DNA of 52,938 nucleotides, from assembly GCA_045593965.1 (NCBI GenBank), contig JAZNXP010000157.1, positions 1 to 52,938 of the forward strand, read 5' to 3'. Position 1 is the stretch's first letter; each line of letters begins with the position of its first letter. Positions 35,256 through 45,096 of the stretch are shown here, one piece after another. The DNA is from Eubacteriales bacterium (GTDB lineage: Bacteria > Bacillota > Clostridia > Oscillospirales > CAG-272). The translations under genes and the position numbers were made by a program. The notes beneath the pieces were generated by a model, which saw nothing but the letters and a program-made list of their open reading frames with translations, had not been told where the DNA came from and ran no database searches.

Positions 35256-35329
35256 TTTGACTTTCTTTGACTTTGACTTTCTTTGACTTTCGATGTATAA
35301 TGAAGTCACAAAGGTCAAAGAAGGTCAAA
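35256..35329 (+). promoter_or_regulatory. three CtsR operators flanking the ctsR promoter
   Basis: AGGTCAAAGAAGGTCAAA at 35312..35329 (direct). Two abutting inverted copies TTTGACTTTCTTTGACT at 35256..35272 and 35272..35288 (complement AGTCAAAGAAAGTCAAA). All match the (A/G)GTCAAA-NAN-(A/G)GTCAAA consensus. Confidence 0.8.
35273..35301 (+). promoter_or_regulatory. sigma-A type promoter of ctsR-mcsA-mcsB-clpC (TTGACT, 17 nt spacer, TATAAT)
   Basis: TTGACT 35273..35278 (inside operator 2), 17 nt spacer, TATAAT 35296..35301. Confidence 0.75.
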
Positions 35330-35373
35330 CAAACCTTCGAATACAATATTTCAGTCACAAAGGAGGATATTTC

Positions 35374-35829
35374 ATGCTTGCGGATTCCATTGCACGCCTG
35401 ATCGAAGAAATGCTCAATGAGGGAGACGGCATTTTGGAGCTTCAGCGAAACGAAATGGCAAATCGGCTCGGATGTGTTCCCAGTCAGATCAGCTACGTCA
35501 TTTCTTCCCGTTTTACACCCGAGCGCGGATATATTATCGAGTCTCGCAGAGGCGGTGGAGGCTGTATCCGCATTGTTCGGAAGCAGCTCTCCCAGCACGA
35601 ATATCTCATGCACGCGTTTTGCTCAATCGGCACGTCGATCGAAGAGCGTGAAGCGGTCGCTTATCTGAACAATTTTCTCGGCAATGGTTTTTTCTCCGTT
35701 GAAGAGGCCGAGCTTGCTTGCGCGGCAATGTCGACAGCGGCGCTTTCCACCCTTCCCCCCCCTCTGCGCGGTACGGTTCGCGCTGATATTTTCAAGCAAA
35801 TTCTACTCCGTAAAATGTCAAGCAAATAA
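35374..35829 (+). CDS. ctsR: class III stress-gene repressor CtsR
   Basis: MLADSIARLIEEMLNE...LGCVPSQISYVISSRFTPERGYIIESRRGGGG.IRIV. AGGAGG 7 nt before ATG 35374. Confidence 0.92.
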   Translation: MLADSIARLIEEMLNEGDGILELQRNEMANRLGCVPSQISYVISSRFTPERGYIIESRRGGGGCIRIVRKQLSQHEYLMHAFCSIGTSIEEREAVAYLNNFLGNGFFSVEEAELACAAMSTAALSTLPPPLRGTVRADIFKQILLRKMSSK

Positions 35830-35935
35830 TTTTTGAATTTCTTCGCATTTACAGAAAATGCGACAACCTTCTCGCTCTCAAAGCGATATAATATAACAAA
35901 ATGATGCCGTCGGCAAGACGGCACGGAAAGGAAAA

Positions 35936-36484
35936 ATGACTATGTTGTGTGAAACATGCAAAAAAAGGACGGCAACCGTCTTTTACAACGAAAATATGAA
36001 CGGCAAGGTCCGTTCTTACTCTCTTTGCGGTGAATGTGCCGCAAAGCTTCGCGAAAAAGGTGAGCTTCAGGATATTACATCCATGATCGGCAGCTTTGCC
36101 GATCCCTTCTCGGATCTGCATAACGAGCTTTTTCAAGGATTTTTCGGTATCCCCACGCAAAAAGCGATCTCCTCGCAGAAGAAATGTCCCGATTGCGGAT
36201 GCACCTATCCCGAGATCGAAAAAAGCGGAAAGGTGGGCTGTCCCTCGTGCTATACGACCTTTGAGGACGAGCTTTCCCCACTGATCCGCTCGCTTCACGG
36301 CACGACCGCTCACGCGGGTGCTGTCCCTTCCCGTCACAGAGCCAAGCAGGCACTCGTTCAGCAGCTCAAGCAGAAAAAAGCCGCTCTGCGGGAAGCGGTA
36401 CAGAATGAAAATTACGAACGCGCCGCCGCTCTGCGCGATGAGATCCGCGCTCTGGAAGCGGATAACGGAAAGGAGAGTAAGTAA
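35936..36484 (+). CDS. mcsA: protein-arginine kinase activator McsA
   Basis: N-terminal Cys pairs (CETCKK...CGEC, CPDCG...CPSC) and a C-terminal UVR motif (NENYERAAALRDEIRALE). Confidence 0.88.
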   Translation: MTMLCETCKKRTATVFYNENMNGKVRSYSLCGECAAKLREKGELQDITSMIGSFADPFSDLHNELFQGFFGIPTQKAISSQKKCPDCGCTYPEIEKSGKVGCPSCYTTFEDELSPLIRSLHGTTAHAGAVPSRHRAKQALVQQLKQKKAALREAVQNENYERAAALRDEIRALEADNGKESK

Positions 36485-37500
36485 TGGCTTGGTATAATAC
36501 AGTCGGCACCGCATCGGATACGGTCATCAGCTCCCGTGTCCGACTCGCCAGAAACATCAACGGCTATCCTTTCGCATCCAAGCTTGATACCGCAGGTGCG
36601 AATGAGATCATCGAAAAAGTCAGCACGTCCCTGGAGTCCTCGGGCTTTCGGAAGATCCATTTTTCCGAGATCTCGCCCATCATGGCAACCTCTTACGTAG
36701 AACGCCATTACGTCAGCCCCGAATTTGCGACCAAGGAAACACCCCACGCTCTGCTTTTGCAGGAGTCGAGCGGTGTTGCGGTCATGGTCTGTGAAGAAGA
36801 TCATCTGCGCATGCAATGCATCCTTCCCGGACTTGCATTGGAGGAAGCGTATAAAAACGCGCAAGGGATCGAGCGTCGTCTGGATGAGGATTTCGATTTT
36901 GCCTACAGTGAAACGCTCGGATACCTGACGCACTGTCCGACCAACCTCGGAACGGGTATGAGAGCATCCGTCATGATGTTTCTCCCTGCCCTGACGCGTG
37001 GAGGATATATGGACGCGCTTGCAAATCAGCTCTCCAAGCTTGGACTTACCGTTCGCGGTCTGTTCGGAGAAGGAAGCGGATCTGCGGGATGCATGTATCA
37101 GATCTCCAACCAGATCACGCTCGGCATTTCCGAGGCAGACACACTCCGCAAGCTTGGAGATGCGGTCGCCCAGATCACCGAAAGTGAAAAAAAGGCACGA
37201 AAAGCCATCACGGGAGATGCGTTTGACCGCTTGACCGACCGAATTCTCCGCAGTGCGGGACTGCTCAAAAGTGCGTATCTGATGTCTTCGTCCGAATTCA
37301 TCAAGCTCTTCGCAGACGTGCGCTTCGGCATCTCTCTCGGATTGATCAGCGATATCTCTTACGAACAGCTCGGCACGTTGCTCGTTGAGGCAATGCCCGC
37401 AACGCTGACGCTTTCCGCAGAAAATACGCCCCGCACGGAGAACGCAAGAGACAAGCTTCGTGCGGAGCGGATCAAGACCATACTCAACACACCTGTATAA
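36484..37500 (+). CDS. mcsB: protein-arginine kinase McsB (ATP:guanido phosphotransferase)
   Basis: CPTNLGTGMRASVM signature. TAATG overlap with mcsA. Confidence 0.93.
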   Translation: MAWYNTVGTASDTVISSRVRLARNINGYPFASKLDTAGANEIIEKVSTSLESSGFRKIHFSEISPIMATSYVERHYVSPEFATKETPHALLLQESSGVAVMVCEEDHLRMQCILPGLALEEAYKNAQGIERRLDEDFDFAYSETLGYLTHCPTNLGTGMRASVMMFLPALTRGGYMDALANQLSKLGLTVRGLFGEGSGSAGCMYQISNQITLGISEADTLRKLGDAVAQITESEKKARKAITGDAFDRLTDRILRSAGLLKSAYLMSSSEFIKLFADVRFGISLGLISDISYEQLGTLLVEAMPATLTLSAENTPRTENARDKLRAERIKTILNTPV

Positions 37501-37544
37501 ATCGATAACTCGGCGCATCGGCGCCATTGAAAAGGAGGGATCTT

Positions 37545-40007
37545 ATGTCCACCCGTTTTACACCAAAAGCACAAAACGTTCTGTCCTACTCACTGCAAAG
37601 CGCACATGAGATGGGACACACCTATATCGGCTCCGAGCATCTGCTTCTGGGGCTTTTGAAGGAAGAAGGAGGCGTTGCCGCGCACTATCTGCACGAGCGC
37701 GGCGTGAACCTTGATGCGGTACGTCACGCGATCGTTCAGCTCACGGGCGTCGGAACGCCCTCGCAGGTATCCCCCGCGGATATGACGCCTCGCACGAAGA
37801 AGATCATTGAGGCCTCGCTTTACGAGGCGCAGCAAAACGGACAAACCATGATCGGAACCGAGCATCTGCTCCTCTCCCTTCTCGGAGAGAGAGACTGTGT
37901 CGCTGACCGTATTCTGGAGGAGCTTGGCGTCTCCATCAATGATCTGAGACAGGATCTGATCACGTTTCTTTCCAACTCCGCAGCATCCTCTCAAGCCGAG
38001 AGCAAACGCGGCGAAGCTGCACAGGGAGTTCCTTCCTCCGAGAAAAGCGCGCTGGATGCTACGACCGCACTCAAAAACTTTGGAAGGGACCTGACCGCGC
38101 TTGCAAAAAGCGGACAGATGGACCCCATCATCGGTCGGGATCTTGAGACCGAGCGCGTCATTCAGATCCTTTCCAGAAGAACCAAAAACAATCCTTGTCT
38201 GATCGGTGAGCCCGGTGTTGGAAAAACAGCGGTCGTCGAGGGCTTGGCACAGCGCATCGCGTCGGGGAACGTCCCCGAAACGTTGCGCGAGAAATCCATT
38301 ATCACATTGGATCTCGCTTCCATGATCGCGGGCGCAAAATACCGCGGCGAATTTGAGGAACGCTTTAAGAATGTCATGTCCGAGGTTCGGAAAAATCCCA
38401 ATATGATCCTGTTCATCGATGAGATCCATACTATCATCGGCGCGGGAGCTGCGGAGGGCGCGGTGGATGCCGCCAACATCATCAAGCCCGCCCTTGCCAG
38501 GGGAGAGATGCAGGTCATCGGTGCTACCACCATTTCCGAATATCGCAAGCACATCGAAAAAGATGCGGCGCTGGAAAGACGCTTCCAATCCGTGACCGTT
38601 GGCGAGCCCTCCAAGGACGAAACGATCCTGATCCTTCGGGGCTTGCGTGAAAAATACGAAGCGCACCACAAGCTCAAGATCTCGGATAGCGCGATCGAAG
38701 CAGCGGTAACACTTTCCACGCGCTATATCGCCGACCGTTTTCTTCCCGACAAAGCCATCGATCTGATCGATGAAGCGGCATCGAGACTGCGCATCAGCGC
38801 GCACACTTCCCCACCCGATCTTCGCGATCTGGAGGCGCGGATCAAGTCGCTTTCCAAGGAAAAGGAAGATGCGATCAAGGAGCAAAAATTCGAGCTTGCC
38901 GCACAGCTTCGCGATGAGGAAGCGGTAGCAAAACAAGAATACGACACCAAAAAAGCGGCTTGGGAAACGTCCAACGGTTCCACGGAATTGACCGTTACCG
39001 AAAATGATATCGCGGACATCGTCACGCAATGGACAGGCATTCCCGTTAACCGTCTTTTGGAGGAAGAAAGCGAAAAGCTTCTTCACCTCGACGCGTTGCT
39101 GCGTGAACGCGTGATCGGTCAGGACGAGGCGGTCGCCTCGGTCGCTCGTGCGATCCGTCGCGGCAGAATGGGGCTGAAGGATCCCCGACGTCCCGTCGGC
39201 TCCTTTATCTTCATGGGTCCTACGGGCATCGGTAAAACCGAGCTTGCCAAGGCGCTTGCCGAGGTAATGTTCGGAAACGTCAATTCGATGATCCGTCTGG
39301 ATATGTCCGAATATATGGAAAAGCACAGTGTCTCCAAGCTGATCGGCTCTCCTCCCGGCTACGTTGGCTTTGAGGAGGGCGGACAGCTGACAGAGCAGAT
39401 CCGCAGACGTCCCTATTCGGTCGTTCTGTTTGACGAGATCGAGAAGGCGCATCCCGACGTATTTAATATTCTTCTTCAGGTGCTTGAGGACGGAATTCTG
39501 ACCGATTCTCAAGGACGGCACGTGGATTTTCGCAATACGGTTCTCATTCTGACCTCCAATGTGGGCGCAAGCGCGCTCTCACAAGCAAAAACGATGGGCT
39601 TTACGGCAGCCAAGGATTCCGAGGACGATGCCGCACAACGCAACCGCATGATGCAGGCGCTCAAGGAGACCTTCCGCCCCGAATTTTTAAACCGCATTGA
39701 CGACATCATCGTTTTTCATCCGCTCAAGACCAAGGACATTGAGCAGATCGCTTCTTTGATGCTGAAGGACGTCAAACAACGGATCGAGGATCTTGGCGTT
39801 AAGATTGAGTTTTCCGAAAGCGTTGCCGCTCATCTTGCCAAGGAAGGCTTTGATCCGACCTACGGCGCACGTCCGCTCCGCCGCGCGATTGTACGTCTGG
39901 TGGAAGATGCCTTCTCCACTGAAATGCTTGAAGGAAAAATTCAAGCGAGAGACAGTATCGTTTCCAAAGTTGAAAACGGGGCTGTCATTTTTGAAAAAGA
40001 GAAATAA
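37545..40007 (+). CDS. clpC: ATP-dependent Clp protease ATP-binding subunit ClpC
   Basis: Clp_N repeats, two AAA+ modules (GEPGVGKT and GPTGIGKT), and a UVR-like middle domain. ATG 37545 with AAGGAGGG upstream. Confidence 0.95.
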   Translation: MSTRFTPKAQNVLSYSLQSAHEMGHTYIGSEHLLLGLLKEEGGVAAHYLHERGVNLDAVRHAIVQLTGVGTPSQVSPADMTPRTKKIIEASLYEAQQNGQTMIGTEHLLLSLLGERDCVADRILEELGVSINDLRQDLITFLSNSAASSQAESKRGEAAQGVPSSEKSALDATTALKNFGRDLTALAKSGQMDPIIGRDLETERVIQILSRRTKNNPCLIGEPGVGKTAVVEGLAQRIASGNVPETLREKSIITLDLASMIAGAKYRGEFEERFKNVMSEVRKNPNMILFIDEIHTIIGAGAAEGAVDAANIIKPALARGEMQVIGATTISEYRKHIEKDAALERRFQSVTVGEPSKDETILILRGLREKYEAHHKLKISDSAIEAAVTLSTRYIADRFLPDKAIDLIDEAASRLRISAHTSPPDLRDLEARIKSLSKEKEDAIKEQKFELAAQLRDEEAVAKQEYDTKKAAWETSNGSTELTVTENDIADIVTQWTGIPVNRLLEEESEKLLHLDALLRERVIGQDEAVASVARAIRRGRMGLKDPRRPVGSFIFMGPTGIGKTELAKALAEVMFGNVNSMIRLDMSEYMEKHSVSKLIGSPPGYVGFEEGGQLTEQIRRRPYSVVLFDEIEKAHPDVFNILLQVLEDGILTDSQGRHVDFRNTVLILTSNVGASALSQAKTMGFTAAKDSEDDAAQRNRMMQALKETFRPEFLNRIDDIIVFHPLKTKDIEQIASLMLKDVKQRIEDLGVKIEFSESVAAHLAKEGFDPTYGARPLRRAIVRLVEDAFSTEMLEGKIQARDSIVSKVENGAVIFEKEK

Positions 40008-40009
40008 TA

Positions 40010-40044
40010 AATTGCGACCATCCGCTTTGCGGATGGTCGCAATT
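40010..40044. terminator. bidirectional terminator between clpC and the convergent 523-aa gene
   Basis: AATTGCGACCATCCGC-TTT-GCGGATGGTCGCAATT perfect 16-bp stem. The T-rich tract is on the minus-strand side. Confidence 0.75.
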
Positions 40045-40061
40045 TATGCATATACAGCTAT

Positions 40062-41633
40062 TTATTTGAACGCCCAAGGAAAAATATCCAAGTATTCCAC
40101 CAAAAGCGGTGTGCTCTCGTTTTTTGAAGTCCAACGGAAGCAGACTTCATTCTTTCCTTCCTTGAGAGCCTCCCTCGGCACACGCCACGCGCGTGTATTC
40201 CGCACGTCTCCGTGCAAGGGCGGATATGCGTTATCCTCCTCATACGGCTCGGAAATATCAGTTACAGGAGTTGCCTTAAAGCCACCAACGCTGACCTCGA
40301 TCGAGCGATCCCCGACGAGCATCGGGAATTTCATCCGCATGCGAAAATCACTCTGCCAACCTCCTGCCGGCTCTGCTGCATAAAGCTCCAACGAGTACAG
40401 TTTGTCTGCCAAAAACAAGCGATCCAAAAGCTGAGTGTTTCGTTCCCAACTCTTTGCAAGGAAGAAATGCTGTGGTGCTTGTGCAACAAAATCACGGTCT
40501 CGGACGTTTCCCACCACCTCAAACGGTGGTTCGTTAAAGGGACCGCGTCCCTCACATCCATGCTCGCGGTAGTAATGAAAATTGAAGAAGGAGATTCCTT
40601 GCGCTCCCGCTCTGTAAGCCAGATGTGCGGCGGTATAGATCTCGTTCGGTGTCGCGCGTCTGAAGGTAAAGCCGTCACAGCCCGTCTCGATCAGATTTAC
40701 TCCTTGCTCGGTAGTGTGACACATTTCAAAGTAGACCGCCAAATCGGGCATACGACGTACAAATTGTTCTCGATCGATCCACTGATCGGTGTAAAAGAAA
40801 GCGGAAACATTCACAATTTCCACTCCCAACGTCTCCAAACGCTCCGGAACAAGTCCGATCTCATCCCAGACCGCAAGATTGCAAGGAACACGCACAGAAA
40901 GCCAACGGTGCTTACCGTTTCGTTCGGTGCGGTCAAGCACGGCACGAACGTCCAAAATAAATTTTTCCGTAATTGCCTGACGCTCCGCAAAGCTTGTGAC
41001 TGTCAGATCGTACAAATTGGGATGTCGCTGAAAATCCAATTCATAGCCGTCAAAATCATAGCTCTCACATTGTTCGCTCACAATTTCCAGCATATGTGCG
41101 GGAACCTCCGGATAGATCCAGTTCAGAGCACGGTTTTCCCACTTGGTAAGATCCTTCCCCAGCATCATGTGCCGATGCTCTGCAAGAAAACGATTGATAC
41201 TGTGAATTCCGTTGAAATGTCCCTTTGTGTCGATCCACTCCACGTGATGCTCGTCATTGACACGCAGAGAGACGAACGGAGTCTGCCCGTAATCGCGGCA
41301 TGCCTCAATGAAATCGGCAAGATAGTCACCGCCGTCATAGATATACTGATGTCCTCCGCGCAGCTCCCCAAATTTTTCATACGGAACTTCAAAATATTCA
41401 CTCCACCACTTCAAATGCTCCTCAAAGGAATAGATCTTGCTCTTGTACCACGGAACCTGTCCGTGCGCCAGCTGAATAAGGTGAACGTCCGCAAGCCCCT
41501 CGACCTCTTTCACGCTTGCGCGAAGCTCCTCCCTGCCCGTATAACCGCCGCGCGGATGGTAGGGAGAAACACAGGTATCCAAATTGGTGGTATCGTTGCT
41601 ATACAGATTGCGAAACGGAATTTTCGGGTTCAT
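40062..41633 (-). CDS. conserved hypothetical protein, possibly a glycoside-hydrolase-like TIM barrel with a C-terminal beta domain
   Basis: 523 aa from ATG 41633 (GAGGAG 8 nt upstream). Segments such as SLRVNDEHH and DGYELDFQRHP resemble acid/base and nucleophile strands of TIM-barrel hydrolases. The functional call is weak. Confidence 0.55.
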   Translation of the reverse strand: MNPKIPFRNLYSNDTTNLDTCVSPYHPRGGYTGREELRASVKEVEGLADVHLIQLAHGQVPWYKSKIYSFEEHLKWWSEYFEVPYEKFGELRGGHQYIYDGGDYLADFIEACRDYGQTPFVSLRVNDEHHVEWIDTKGHFNGIHSINRFLAEHRHMMLGKDLTKWENRALNWIYPEVPAHMLEIVSEQCESYDFDGYELDFQRHPNLYDLTVTSFAERQAITEKFILDVRAVLDRTERNGKHRWLSVRVPCNLAVWDEIGLVPERLETLGVEIVNVSAFFYTDQWIDREQFVRRMPDLAVYFEMCHTTEQGVNLIETGCDGFTFRRATPNEIYTAAHLAYRAGAQGISFFNFHYYREHGCEGRGPFNEPPFEVVGNVRDRDFVAQAPQHFFLAKSWERNTQLLDRLFLADKLYSLELYAAEPAGGWQSDFRMRMKFPMLVGDRSIEVSVGGFKATPVTDISEPYEEDNAYPPLHGDVRNTRAWRVPREALKEGKNEVCFRWTSKNESTPLLVEYLDIFPWAFK

Positions 41634-41648
41634 ATTCCACACTCCTCA

Positions 41649-42530
41649 TTAAAATTGAACGGCCTCGTTCCAAACGCTCACAAAGCGCACAAGGCTTTCC
41701 ATTGCCGTCATCCCCTCATAGGGGCGGATCTCGAACGAAACAGTAGCGTTTTTGTGCGCAAAATATCCCACGTCGCGAAGCATGCGGATAAATCGAATGC
41801 CGTCTGCCTCGGTATATTCCCCCTCGGGGTGATTCCACGGCGCGTGACGGTCACCGTACAGCGGGTGGCTTGGATTTTTGATGATACAGTTGCCAAGGTG
41901 AATGTGATTGAGCAGATCCGCTCCCTTCTCAAGTGCGCTTTCCAACGTCTCATATATGAGTGGCACGTGGCACATATCCAAAAGCAATCCAATATGCGCA
42001 AAGCCGTTATTTTGAATCAGCTTGATAAAATCCAGCGTTTCATCAAGAGGACCGAACAAAAATTTCTTGTGAATATCACGATCGGTCGGCTCAAAGGAAA
42101 GCTCCACGTCTGCGGGTAATTGAGAAGCAACTCTCAAAATCAGGCTCGCAAACCGCTCCTTCGCGCCCTCGCGGTCACTCGGATCATCAGGACCGCTTCC
42201 GAACACGATCTTTTTGGAATTCAGCTCCAACGCATATTCGATTTCGCGCATCATCAGACTGTATGCCCGCTCACGCTCCTTGACATCCCTTGATGCAGGA
42301 AGAGCGATATCCTCTCCGAAACGGTCACCGATATTATAGTTGATGAGCTTCCCGCTCTCTTTTAAAAATCGAATCTCCTCCCGTGCGGTCTCACCGCGCC
42401 ATAGCCAACAATCCAAAGCCTTAACCAGATCTGTGGAAGCAAGCTCCCGAAGAGTTGAGAGATGTGTCTTTGCATCCACCATCGCCTCAGGATATAAAAA
42501 CATGTGATTGGAACCCAGTGTTACCGACAT
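41649..42530 (-). CDS. sugar phosphate isomerase/epimerase (xylose-isomerase-like TIM barrel)
   Basis: 293 aa. Pattern ...KIVFGSGP...ELSFEPTD...IGLLLDMCHV...HIHLGN... is typical of the AP_endonuc_2 fold. 10-nt overlap with the upstream gene. Confidence 0.8.
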   Translation of the reverse strand: MSVTLGSNHMFLYPEAMVDAKTHLSTLRELASTDLVKALDCWLWRGETAREEIRFLKESGKLINYNIGDRFGEDIALPASRDVKERERAYSLMMREIEYALELNSKKIVFGSGPDDPSDREGAKERFASLILRVASQLPADVELSFEPTDRDIHKKFLFGPLDETLDFIKLIQNNGFAHIGLLLDMCHVPLIYETLESALEKGADLLNHIHLGNCIIKNPSHPLYGDRHAPWNHPEGEYTEADGIRFIRMLRDVGYFAHKNATVSFEIRPYEGMTAMESLVRFVSVWNEAVQF

Positions 42531-43315
42531 GCCTCTACCATCTCCTTTTCATACGTGAGATATTCCGACCACGTTTTGAGCAGACCGTTGCCGCGCATGA
42601 TCACCGTACGCTCATCCGAAAAAATCTCCGGATGCAGCTCGCGCATCTTTTGACGATATTCGCAATCCGAAAAACGTATGACGATCTCGTAAGGTGCTTT
42701 TACGCAAAACGGCTTGATGTCAGCACGTACCGCATCAAACGCCGCTTGATGAAGCATTTTTGCCGTTTTTTCAGGTGGCAAGCAGATGCCCGTATCCGGT
42801 GTGAGCGAGCGTTTGACTGCGCACGTAATCAGATCAGGGATCAATGCCCTCCCTTCAGCACAGCCTCGGTCGTCACCGCTGACAAATTTGAGTGGAATGC
42901 CCTGCTCTCCCGCCAACGCCGCCTCCATACCGATCTCTCCCAGCAAAATACCGTTGAGATGAATGGTATCGTATTCACGCAAATAGCTATGCTCCAAGAG
43001 CGAGCCGGTGTTCTGCATCGTATGCAGTCCCACCATGAACATGCCGTCAAAGCCCTCTCCGCCAACACCGCGCCACAGGTCACTCAATATCGGCTTTCCC
43101 ATCACCACGGGAACGTCCAGCTGCTCCAAATCAATATTTCTTCCGTCTGTATGCATATCGTAAACAACCGCATCCGCACCCGCATCCCGAATGCCTCCAA
43201 GCACTGCGCAAAGATCATTCATCAGCATCCGTCTGCCAAATTCACTTGTCTCCGCCTGCGCAAAGGTCGTCACGCCGGTAACACCCTCAATATCGGTCAT
43301 CACCAAGAATTTCAT
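42521..43315 (-). CDS. M55-family D-aminopeptidase (DppA-like)
   Basis: MKFLVMTDIEGVTGV... N-terminus and length (264 aa) are typical of peptidase M55. AAGGAGG RBS. Confidence 0.8.
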   Translation of the reverse strand: MKFLVMTDIEGVTGVTTFAQAETSEFGRRMLMNDLCAVLGGIRDAGADAVVYDMHTDGRNIDLEQLDVPVVMGKPILSDLWRGVGGEGFDGMFMVGLHTMQNTGSLLEHSYLREYDTIHLNGILLGEIGMEAALAGEQGIPLKFVSGDDRGCAEGRALIPDLITCAVKRSLTPDTGICLPPEKTAKMLHQAAFDAVRADIKPFCVKAPYEIVIRFSDCEYRQKMRELHPEIFSDERTVIMRGNGLLKTWSEYLTYEKEMVEACR

Positions 43316-43388
43316 GTTTTTTCCTCCTTGTGTTGTTTGCTCTCATTCTAACACAAGGCAGTTTTTATTTCAACCGAATGTCCGAAAT

Positions 43389-44234
43389 TTACCCATTCCG
43401 TGTCCGATATTGAGACGGCGTTACACCAACCTCGCGCAAGAAAAATCTTGCAAAATACCGCGCATCAGAAAATCCCAAAAGCTGTGCCACATGCGCAGGC
43501 GTTGCATCCAATTCGGTCAGCAACCGCTTTGCACTTTCCGCCTTTTGAAAATGAATATATTCCAAAAGTCCCATACCTTCATGTTTTTGAAAAAGACGTC
43601 CAAGCTGTTTTACGCTTACACGGCAATACCGCGCGATTTCCTCACAGGTAAAGAACACGTCAGTATTGTCCTCGATCAGCATCTTTGCCTTGCGCACTCT
43701 TCCATCCTCGTTGTCCGACGAATCAAAGATGCTTCCGCCCCCATGATCCTGTGCCACACGTAGGATCCATTCGCACACCGTATGCAAAACCAGCTCGGTT
43801 CTGTAGATGCTTTTTTGCATCGCATTTTCAAGGATGCGCTTAATATTATCCTCCATTTGAGCATCCGCATGTCTACCCATCACAACGGACGGAGAAAAGC
43901 ACGGGTACAATTCCGAATCCTTGGAAAGATGAAATGCCGCGCTCAGCTTTGCAAACCTGCCTTCACAGGACACGATGTGATGTACCTGATGCGGTGGGAT
44001 CAAGACGTAATCCCCTCGCTTCAGATGTACACGCCTTCCCGCAAGCTCGTATTCCATGCTTCCCTCCAGAATAAAGTGAAGCTCAAAAAACGCATGATGA
44101 TGCGCACGCAAAATCAGATGCTCGGCGTTGTCCTCACAGGTGAGCGATATCCAAGCAACTAAAAACTGCATTCTCCCGGTTTGCTGTTCTGAAAAATGCA
44201 GACTGTTCAGTGCGTTGAGCTGCAAATCCTTCAT
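43389..44234 (-). CDS. AraC-family transcriptional regulator (cupin plus HTH)
   Basis: N-terminal cupin-like sensor and a C-terminal double HTH (...AQLLGFSDARYFARFFLREVGVTPSQYR). Confidence 0.9.
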   Translation of the reverse strand: MKDLQLNALNSLHFSEQQTGRMQFLVAWISLTCEDNAEHLILRAHHHAFFELHFILEGSMEYELAGRRVHLKRGDYVLIPPHQVHHIVSCEGRFAKLSAAFHLSKDSELYPCFSPSVVMGRHADAQMEDNIKRILENAMQKSIYRTELVLHTVCEWILRVAQDHGGGSIFDSSDNEDGRVRKAKMLIEDNTDVFFTCEEIARYCRVSVKQLGRLFQKHEGMGLLEYIHFQKAESAKRLLTELDATPAHVAQLLGFSDARYFARFFLREVGVTPSQYRTRNG

Positions 44235-44266
44235 GACAAAAACCTCCCGATAATGATACTGTCTCC

Positions 44267-44295
44267 ATTATACACAACCTCTGCCGATTTTGCAA
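44267..44295 (-). promoter_or_regulatory. sigma-A type promoter of the araC-like gene
   Basis: On the minus strand: TTGCAA (44295..44290), 17 nt spacer, TATAAT (44272..44267). Confidence 0.65.
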
Positions 44296-44320
44296 GAGGT
44301 GTCCGATTTTTACCTCAATA

Positions 44321-44365
44321 AAAAAGCAAAAAAGCAACGCGCCACTCTCGCATGAGAGTGACGCG
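44321..44365 (-). terminator. rho-independent terminator of the SASP gene
   Basis: On the minus-strand RNA: CGCGTCACTCTC-ATGC-GAGAGTGGCGCG, followed by TTGCTTTTTTGCTTTTT. Confidence 0.7.
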
Positions 44366-44493
44366 CGCTTCTTTTTCGGAGCATGCCGCTTCGTCATCCG
44401 AAGCCCTGCCGCTCCCTTGGAAAGCACCGAGCACGTTGAAAAGTCACGTCAAGGAATTTCAATACATGCCCGATTTCTGAATCCCTTTACCGA

Positions 44494-44691
44494 TTATTTC
44501 GAGGAAAGAGAGTTCTCGTAGGACTGGATCATCTTCTTAACCATCTGACCGCCTACGCTACCAGCCTGCTTGGAGGTGAGGTCGCCGTTATAGCCCTGCT
44601 TCAGGTTTACGCCGACTTCGTTTGCAGCTTCCATCTTAAATCTCTCCATTGCTTCCTTTGCTTCAGGAACAAGAGTCTTATTGCTTGCCAT
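44494..44691 (-). CDS. alpha/beta-type small acid-soluble spore protein
   Basis: 65 aa: MASNKTLVPEAKEAMERFKMEAANEVGV...GDLTSKQAGSVGGQMVKKMI, the SASP signature. AAGGAG RBS. The 168-aa track ORF is an artefactual extension. Confidence 0.9.
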   Translation of the reverse strand: MASNKTLVPEAKEAMERFKMEAANEVGVNLKQGYNGDLTSKQAGSVGGQMVKKMIQSYENSLSSK

Positions 44692-44933
44692 TGTTTTTTC
44701 TCCTTCTGAACGAGCTTCCCCGCATGAGCTTTCTGCCTCCGTGCGGGAATTTCTCGCTCGGAAACAAGCTTGCGTGAAACGCTCTCGTTCGTTTGTTTTG
44801 AAATCTATATTCATCGAGCGCGATGTTTTCGCCGCTCTGTTACTATTGTTCTCACCCAAAATCAAAATATGAATGGAAATAGTTTGAAAAAAACAAGTAT
44901 GAAAAGCGGACGTGAGGATTTTTTCAAATACGG

Positions 44934-44962
44934 TTGCAAAACAGATGCTTTTATGATACAAT
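44934..44962 (+). promoter_or_regulatory. sigma-A type promoter (TTGCAA, 17 nt spacer, TACAAT), about 135 nt upstream of the flavin reductase gene
   Basis: TTGCAA 44934..44939, 17 nt spacer, TACAAT 44957..44962. Confidence 0.5.
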
Positions 44963-45096
44963 TTTTGTAGATCCGCATCTTCGGAAGCTTTTTCGTCCAA
45001 CTCTTAAAGAAAGAGTCTTCCTTGTTTTTTCTTTGCATATTTTAATTGAAAGCTTTCTATAATTCTACAGTACACGAAATTTACGGAGGTATTCCT

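Noticed and set aside
35251-35290. CTTTGACTTT four-copy tandem repeat as a CRISPR or minisatellite
   Set aside because: The units are 6 to 10 bp with no spacers, and they resolve exactly into CtsR heptads overlapping a promoter.
44494-45000. 168-aa ORF containing the SASP
   Set aside because: Only the last 65 aa match the SASP family, and they have their own AAGGAG RBS at ATG 44691. The upstream part is non-coding in appearance.
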